Shown here in pieces: positions 56,712 through 64,000 of a stretch of DNA of 64,000 bases. The position numbers and the translations under genes are program-made. The stretch lies in assembly GCA_951406725.2 (NCBI GenBank), contig OX597834.1, forward strand, positions 26,970,001-27,034,000, read 5' to 3'. This DNA comes from Octopus vulgaris. Its lineage: Eukaryota. The notes beneath the pieces were generated by a model. It searched no databases. It saw only the letters and a program-made list of their open reading frames with translations, and was not told where the DNA came from. Numbering within the stretch: the stretch's first letter is position 1; the number at the start of each line of letters is the position of its first letter.

Positions 56712-57151
56712 CGTGCAGTGGGATCGAACCTGGTACCTTGTGATGACGAAGCAAACTTTTTAATCATTCGGCTGGGATATTAACGAAAGGAATTTGAAAA
56801 CCGTTTAAAAGTCTTCTTTTATTACTATATTTCTGTTGTGTTTCAATAAATGTTGACTCGTGCAGTGGGATCGAACCTGGTACCTTGTGATGACGAAGCA
56901 AACTTTTTAATCATTCGGCTGAGATATTAACGAAAGGAATTTGAAAACCGTTTAAAAGTCTTCTTTTATTACTATATTTCTGTTGTGTTTCAATAAATTT
57001 TGACCCGTGCAGTGGGATCGAACCTGGTATCTTGTGATGACGAAGCAAACTTTTTAATCATTCGGCTGGGATATTAACGAAAGGAATTTGAAAACCGTTT
57101 AAAAGTCTTCTTTTATTACTATATTTCTGTTGTGTTTCAATAAATTTTGAC
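56712..57151. repeat. 147-bp tandem repeat x3 containing a tRNA-like SINE head
   Basis: CGTGCAGTGGGATCGAACCTGG at 56712, 56859 and 57006. Confidence 0.95.
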
Positions 57152-57244
57152 AAAAACGAAGAATTTAGTAAAATCTATCGTAAAATTTTAGTAATAAACA
57201 GTAAAATATATTTAGCAAAATATTTAGTAAAACTATAAAGCGGG

Positions 57245-57430
57245 GGTAGCATACTGGGCACAATGCTTAGCTACACTTCGTCCGTCTTTGCGTTCTGAGT
57301 ACAAATTCTACCGAGGTCAACTTTGCCTTTCATGCTTTCGAGGTTGATAAAAGAATTGCCAGTTCAGTACTGGGGGGGGGGGGTCATCCTTTCACTCGAC
57401 ATTACTGGGCATGTGCAAAAATTTGAAACC
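57245..57430 (+). mobile_element. SINE family B, diverged
   Basis: CGTTCTGAGTACAAATTC..CTTTGCCTTTCATGCTTTCGAGG. Confidence 0.7.
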
Positions 57431-57796
57431 ACAATTGGGAACATAAATTAACACAAAATTTAATTGGAAAGTTTCTAGTTTAATTTAAAAGAGGATGTTT
57501 GAATCACAGAACCAGAGATAGTCTCAAGCAGGTTGATATTAAAAGGTTTAACCTTTACATTACCATATTTCTGTTGAAATAGACTATTTTTGCTTCAGTT
57601 AATTTTGAAAATAATGAAGAAATTAGCGAAATAAATTTGTTAATATCCCAGCCGAATGATTAAAAAGTTTGCTTCGTCATCACAAGGTACCAGGTTCGAT
57701 CCCACGGCACGGGACCTTGGGCAAGTGGTGTTTATTAAGCTGGTGTTTAGAACATAACACAATATTTTGATGGCAGGTTTAAATGTAGATCACTTA

Positions 57797-58181
57797 TGGA
57801 GGCGCAATGGCCCAGTGGTTAGGGCAGCGGACTCGCGGTCATAGGATCGCGGTTTCGATTCCCAGACCGGGCGTTGTGAGTGTTTACTGAGCGAAAACAC
57901 CTAAAAGTTCCACGAGGCTCCGGCGAGGGGATGGTGGTGATCCCTGCTGTACTCTTTCACCACAACTTTCTCTCACTCTTACTTCCTGTTTCTGTTGTAC
58001 CTGTATTTCAAAGGGCCGGCCTTGTCACTCTCTGTGTCACGCTGAATATCCCCGAGAACTACGTTAAGGGTAGACGTGTCTGTGGAGTGCTCAGCCACTC
58101 ACACGTTAATTCACGAGCAGGCTGTTCCGTTGATTCGGATCAACCGGAACCCTCGTCGTCGTAACCGACGGAGTGCTTCCA
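57797..58181 (+). mobile_element. SINE family C, full length, young
   Basis: Near-identical to the other two; TSD AGATCACTTAT (57787-57797 / 58181-58191). Confidence 0.9.
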
Positions 58182-58330
58182 GATCACTTATATACAAGAA
58201 CTGTATGATATACAACCAGGCCAGTCTCAAGTGGATTGATATCAAAAGGGTTAAGAAATTTTTGCCATATTTCTGTTAAGATATCATGGGTTGTGTTTCA
58301 ATGTTTTTGTAATTATTATGCAGATTCACG

Positions 58331-58532
58331 TGGCGAGGTGGCAGAATCGGACGAAGTGTTTAGTAGCATTTCGTCCGTCTTCGCATTCTCAATTCAAATT
58401 CCACCGATGTCGATTTAGCCTTTCATCCTTTCGAGGTCGATATAATAAGTACCAGATGTGTACTGGGGTCGATGTAATCGACTTAACCCCCCCCCACGCA
58501 ATTGCTGGATTTGTACCAAAATTTGAAACCAG
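58331..58532 (+). mobile_element. SINE family B
   Basis: TGGCGAGGTGGCAGAATCG..CCTTTCATCCTTTCGAGGTCGAT..AAGTACCAG. Confidence 0.8.
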
Positions 58533-58783
58533 TTTTTTGTTGTTGTTTGAAACATGTATTAGCATAAAATGTTGATGGAAGATTTTTAGGAATATTGTAT
58601 CAGATAAACAGGAATAGTCTCAAGCAGGTTAGCGCAAAAGAATTAAAGCCTCTGAATCAACAACGTTCACAGAGAGCCAAATAATCCAAAGCACTGATTC
58701 TTATAAGAACTGGAAAATTTTTAAAATCGGTGTGGGGAATAAACTGCTATTTTCAATAAAATCAAGATGGTTTAAAACTTATA

Positions 58784-59074
58784 GTAGCTAGCTAACCAAC
58801 CACATGGTTCCGGGTTCAGTCCCACCGCGTGGCACCTTGGGCAAGTATCTTCTACTATAGCCTCGGCCGACCAAAGCCTTGCGAGTGGATTTGGTAGACG
58901 GAAACTGAAAGAAGCCCCTCGTATATATGTATATATGTATATGCATGTGTGTGTTTAGACGGAAACTGAAAGAAACCCCTCGTATATATGTATATATGTA
59001 TATGCATGTGTGTGTTTCTGTTTGTGTGTCTGTGTTGTCCCCTCCCCCCAACATCGCTTGACAACCGATGCTGG
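58784..59074 (+). mobile_element. SINE family A, truncated, with internal ~60-bp duplication
   Basis: TAGACGGAAACTGAAAGAA..CCTCGTATATATG occurs twice (~58894 and ~58956). Confidence 0.85.
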
Positions 59075-59149
59075 ATAAGTGGAGATAGATTAGTAAGTTA
59101 GTATAATCCAGCTAAGATTTGAGTTTATGCATAAATCAGTTAAGATGTA

Positions 59150-60235
59150 GCAAAATCCACGTGGTATCATCTAACTGAGAATAAATAGGGTTCACATAGT
59201 TGAAAAAGAACAAGTTTGTAGTTAGGTTCAGCCGAGGGATCAGCTAACTGAAAAAGAACAAATTTTGTATTTTGATCCATGATGGATCATCTAATTGAGA
59301 ATAAATACATGGTAGCTAGATCTACGAAGGCTAATCTGTTAATATCACCATGTGGTGCAGCTAGAACCAAGAGGGAATCACCTACTTGAGAGAGAACAAG
59401 TTTGTAGTTTGATCCAACAGGGATCATCTAATTGAGAAAGGACTAGTTTGTTGTTTGATCCCTGAGGGATCATCTAGGCGATGGTGAACAAGTTTGTTGT
59501 TACATCCATGAAAAATCAACGTTTATAGTTAGGTCCACACGAAGCATCACCTAGCTGAGGGAGAACAATAGTTAGATCCATACGGTGTCACCTGGGTGAG
59601 AGAGAAGAAGTGTGTAGCTAGATTCATGAAGGAGCACCCAGGTGAGAGAGAAGTTTGTAGTTAGATCCATAAGGGGATTATCTAATTGAGAAAGAACAAG
59701 TTTGTAGTTAGATCCATGAAGGATCACCTCTTGAGAGAGGAAAACATTTGTAGTTAGATCCATGCGGTGTCACTTAGATGAGAGAGAAGTCTGTAACTAG
59801 ATTCATGAAAGAGCAGCTAGGTGAGAGACAAGAAGATTGTAGTTAGATCCATGAGGAATTATCTAATTGAGAAAGAACAAGTTTGTAGTTAGATCCACGA
59901 AGGATCACCTCTTGAGAGAGGAAAACATTTGTAGTTAGATCCATGCGGTGTCACTAAGATGAGAGAGAAGTCTGTAACTAGATTCATGAAAGAGCAGCTA
60001 GGTGAGAGACAAGAAGATTGTAGTTAGATCCATGAGGAATTATCTAATTGAGAAAGAACAAGTTTGTAGTTAGATCCATGAAGGATCACTTCTTGAGAGA
60101 GAACAAATTTGTAGTTAGGTCTACGAAGGATCTCTTAGCTGACAGGGGAACAAGCTTGTACTAAGATCCATGAGACGTCACCTAGTTGAGAGGAAAAAGT
60201 TTGTAGGTAGATCCATGAGGTATTATCTAGTTGAG
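59150..60235. repeat. ~45-bp minisatellite with 181-bp higher-order repeat
   Basis: Monomer approx AAGTTTGTAGTTAGATCCATGAAGGATCAYCTAATTGAGAGAGAAC; TCTAATTGAGAAAGAAC recurs at 59681, 59862 and 60043. Confidence 0.9.
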
Positions 60236-61290
60236 TATCATCTTTTGTTACATCGATGTGATGTAACTATACCCATGTTGTGTCTATGAATCCATACGAC
60301 ATAACAAGACATAAACTAGACGTAAACTATGATTTATTTGTAATTATATCGATGTTGTATAGCTTCCTTTGAGATACCTTCGTAACTAGTTTCATGAGGA
60401 ACAATTTAGTGTAGATGGATTTGTAGCTGGATTGCGTTAAAACTAGATTCATATCCAGTTGGGTGTATGCATGTATAAACACACACATAAAACAACCTTG
60501 CCCGGACTTGTGCCTGGCAGGGTAACTTTCTAGGTGCAATCCCATGGTCATTCATGACCGAAGGGGGTCTCAGCATACATACATATATATATATGCATAC
60601 ATATTTATGTATGTATATATACATATGCATATATATATACATACGCGCACACACACCTGTATATAAATGAGTAACAAAGATGTACAGGTGTCAATTCGTA
60701 AAGAAACCGTTTTCGTCAGATGAGTGTATCTCAAATCACCACAACTTGCTGATCTCCCTGGTTTCAACTATATCAGAGAATAGAAACGATTCATAAAAAA
60801 TAAAAAAAAAAGAGATGGATGGTCAAGAATGGGACGCTTTTGATTTATTGTGGCTTTGGTGGATCCTGAGTCCGGAACGATCTTGGGCTAAACAGCAACA
60901 GTAACCCAGCAACCAGCCAGCCAGCCAGTCAAGTAGTTATTCATTGCAGAATGTTGTACCTGGACTGCTGTCTTCTTTGTCACTTAAGTCTTCCGGTTAG
61001 ACAGCCTGCTTGTCTACTTGTCTGCTTGTCTGTCTGTCTGTCCGTCAGTCGGTCAGTCTGTCTGCTAGTCTTTCTGGTTGTTTATCTGTCTATCTGTCTG
61101 TCTGTCTGTCTCTGTCTATGTCGTCACAACATTTAATTAGCAAGGCATTCCCTTGTTCAAACCACCTGCTCACGGCACCTTCGCTTCACCTAAACCACAT
61201 CAAGACCACCACCACCACCACCACCATCATCATCATTATCATCACCATCATCACCATCATCAGTATTGTCATCATCATCGTCATCATTGC

Positions 61291-61350
<60 letters not shown>

Positions 61351-61453
61351 TATCATCATCATAATTATTGTCGTTGTTGCCATCGTCGTGGTCGTCGTTA
61401 TCATCATCATCATCCTCCTCATCCTCATCAACACCATCATCATCATCATCAAG

Positions 61454-61505
<52 letters not shown>

Positions 61506-61688
61506 AGATCATCATCATTACCACTATCATCAGCATCTGTATCACGTAGCTTTATCTGCTTTTCTCCACTTTATTTGCTTTTCTCGTTTCCTTTTTCTGT
61601 CCCTCGCCCCATATTCCTCACTCCCCACATACTCTTAGGTTATCTTCCTCTCCCTCCTCTCTCTCTCTTCCTCTCTCCCCTTTCTCCC

Positions 61689-61749
<61 letters not shown>

Positions 61750-61799
61750 GATCAACTTTTTTTCCTCTCTCCTTTTCTTTTTTTTCCCCTCTCCCTCCC

Positions 61800-61959
61800 T
61801 TTTTTAAAAAAAATCCTCCCCTATTTTTGTCATCTTTCTTTCCTTTTACGATCCCTTTTGATCGAAAACCAACCCTCTTTTTTTTTACCCCCCAAAAGAA
61901 AAGCTCTACCTTGTAATTTGTTCTGTCTGTGTGCAGCCCTGTGTGGCTAATAAAGAAAC
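61800..61959 (+). mobile_element. Family D retroelement tail, within (CTAT)n
   Basis: Same sequence, flanked by (TATC)n. Confidence 0.7.
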
Positions 61960-62298
61960 ATATCTATCTATCTATCAACTCTCCTTTCTCTCACCTCTCT
62001 CCCTCCCTCTCTCTCTCTCTCTCTCTCTCTGCTATTGTCTTCAAACTTGCTTTGTCTCACTTTCACGCAAACGACAGACAGACAGGCAGACGGACAGGCT
62101 CTCCGGTCGGCCGGTTAGTCGGCTGCATTTGTAAGGCCGGCTGCACGGTTGGTCGGCCGGTCACCTGCTCTGCTGTGGTTCTCTGCTAGTTATTTCCTCC
62201 TCCTCCTCCTCCTTCTGCTCCCCTCCTTCTCTACAATCTTTCTCCCTCCACATCTCCATCTTAATCACCTGTCTGCTTCACGGTCACTCAGTTCCACG

Positions 62299-62299
<1 letters not shown>

Positions 62300-62395
<96 letters not shown>

Positions 62396-62485
62396 AACAC
62401 GTTCGTACCGTCGTTGTCCTTACACATGAAATATGCACATACATACAGACAGCAGCATGCACGCTCACATACACACTCTCTCTTT

Positions 62486-62517
<32 letters not shown>

Positions 62518-63520
62518 CAAACACACACACATACACAAACATACACACACTCGTACAGATAGACACAAACAAAACACACACTTACATATACATATATACA
62601 AATGAGCGTACACAGTCACTCGTAAATTTCTCTCTTTCTGTCTGTCTGTCTGTCTGTTTCTCACACATACACATACACACATATTCATATACATACATAT
62701 ACACACACATAAAAAGCACACATGCACACACATACTCACAATGCACACGCACACATGTTCATAGCATATTGGTACGTACATACACACAAGCAAACACTAC
62801 CTTACATGTTTGCACACACACACACACACATACACACAGACAGACACATACACATACACATTCATACACGCAGACGCACAAACATACCTACTAATACACA
62901 CGCATACACGCATACACAGCTAGTCGTCAACACATGTACACCATGTACATACATTCGGACGCAGACACACACGCGCACGAGCACACACGCACATGCACAC
63001 CCGTACACAAACACACACACACACACAACACACAACACACACTTATATGTACGGTCTTGCAAACACACATACACAGATACACGAAAAAACACACACCACA
63101 CACACACACACACACGTAGACACACGTACGCATACATACAACAATAGTCAGTGATACTCACATACCTACACACAGGCTCATTAAATGCACCGACATACAA
63201 ATACACACACACACGCAGGCATACAAGTATACATGCATACATACATACATACGTACATACACACACACACACAGGCATACAAGTATACATGCATACATAC
63301 ATACATACATACACACACAGGCATACAAGTATACATACATACATACATACATACATACACACACATACATACATACATACATACATACATACACACACAC
63401 ACATACATACATACATACATACATACATACACACACACACATACATACATACACACAAACATACATACATACATACTTACATACATACATACATACATGC
63501 ATGCATGCATACATACAGTT
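62300..63520. repeat. (CA)n/(CATA)n compound microsatellite field
   Basis: Direct inspection. Confidence 0.95.
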
Positions 63521-63706
63521 ACACAAATGCAAACACTCAAACACATACACTCCACTCAAAGCTTCCACTCTCACTTCACTCCCACCCTTACTCCCACCAC
63601 ACCTCCCCTCTCGTGCTGTGCTTCACCTCAATCGCAATTTATCAGGAAAGCACACAGAACTAAAAATAAACTCCCTAGCACTGAATACAGTTTTACCTGT
63701 GCATGT

Positions 63707-63751
<45 letters not shown>

Positions 63752-63890
63752 CACACACACATACATTCTTATATGCACCTGCATACACACATCTATATGC
63801 CCACTGCTGTATATGTGTATGCGTAAATTGTATGCGTGCTTAGGCAAGCACATACACGCAATCGTTGTTTCATCATATCAATAGGAGCTG

Positions 63891-63927
63891 CGACGTCAAC
63901 GGGAGCATGACGTCAGTGCTGACGTCA
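63891..63927. promoter_or_regulatory. Cluster of three CRE/ATF sites
   Basis: CGACGTCA (63891-63898), TGACGTCA (63908-63915) and TGACGTCA (63920-63927) in CpG-rich unique sequence. Confidence 0.65.
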
Positions 63928-64000
63928 CAGGATTACACCGTTACAGCCGGGAATTTGCGTAGAAAGCAGGACAAGTAGTGACACTTTCTTGGTGGCGTAG

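Noticed and set aside
59150-60235. CRISPR-like array of dyad repeats
   Set aside because: No unique spacers (whole monomers repeat), no cas genes, eukaryotic context.

Overview
Eukaryotic, AT-rich and microsatellite-saturated DNA. The tRNA-derived SINE families and the simple-repeat load point to a coleoid cephalopod, most likely Octopus (inference). Almost all ORFs in the supplied track are microsatellite artefacts. One real minus-strand gene crosses the window. It has a strong 845-bp coding exon (12807-13651, canonical acceptor, GTAAGT donor). A 60-nt first coding exon (41279-41338, MLSVLSTKTILNDVLDLLGE|gtaaga), too short for the ORF track, splices to it in frame over a 27.6-kb intron. The big exon ends in ASLTIAPSRSAEG, which I recall from lophotrochozoan Egr (early growth response/stripe) N-termini. 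No zinc-finger exon is in the window, so the Egr call is tentative. A tight triple CRE cluster lies at the far right (63891-63927), and an orphan exon-like ORF sits at 55658-56073. The rest is three SINE families (several as close inverted pairs, three copies with TSDs), LINE/Penelope-like tails, a non-autonomous Helitron, two foldback hairpins and several minisatellites, one with a 181-bp higher-order repeat. I see no prokaryotic-type system such as CRISPR or an operon.
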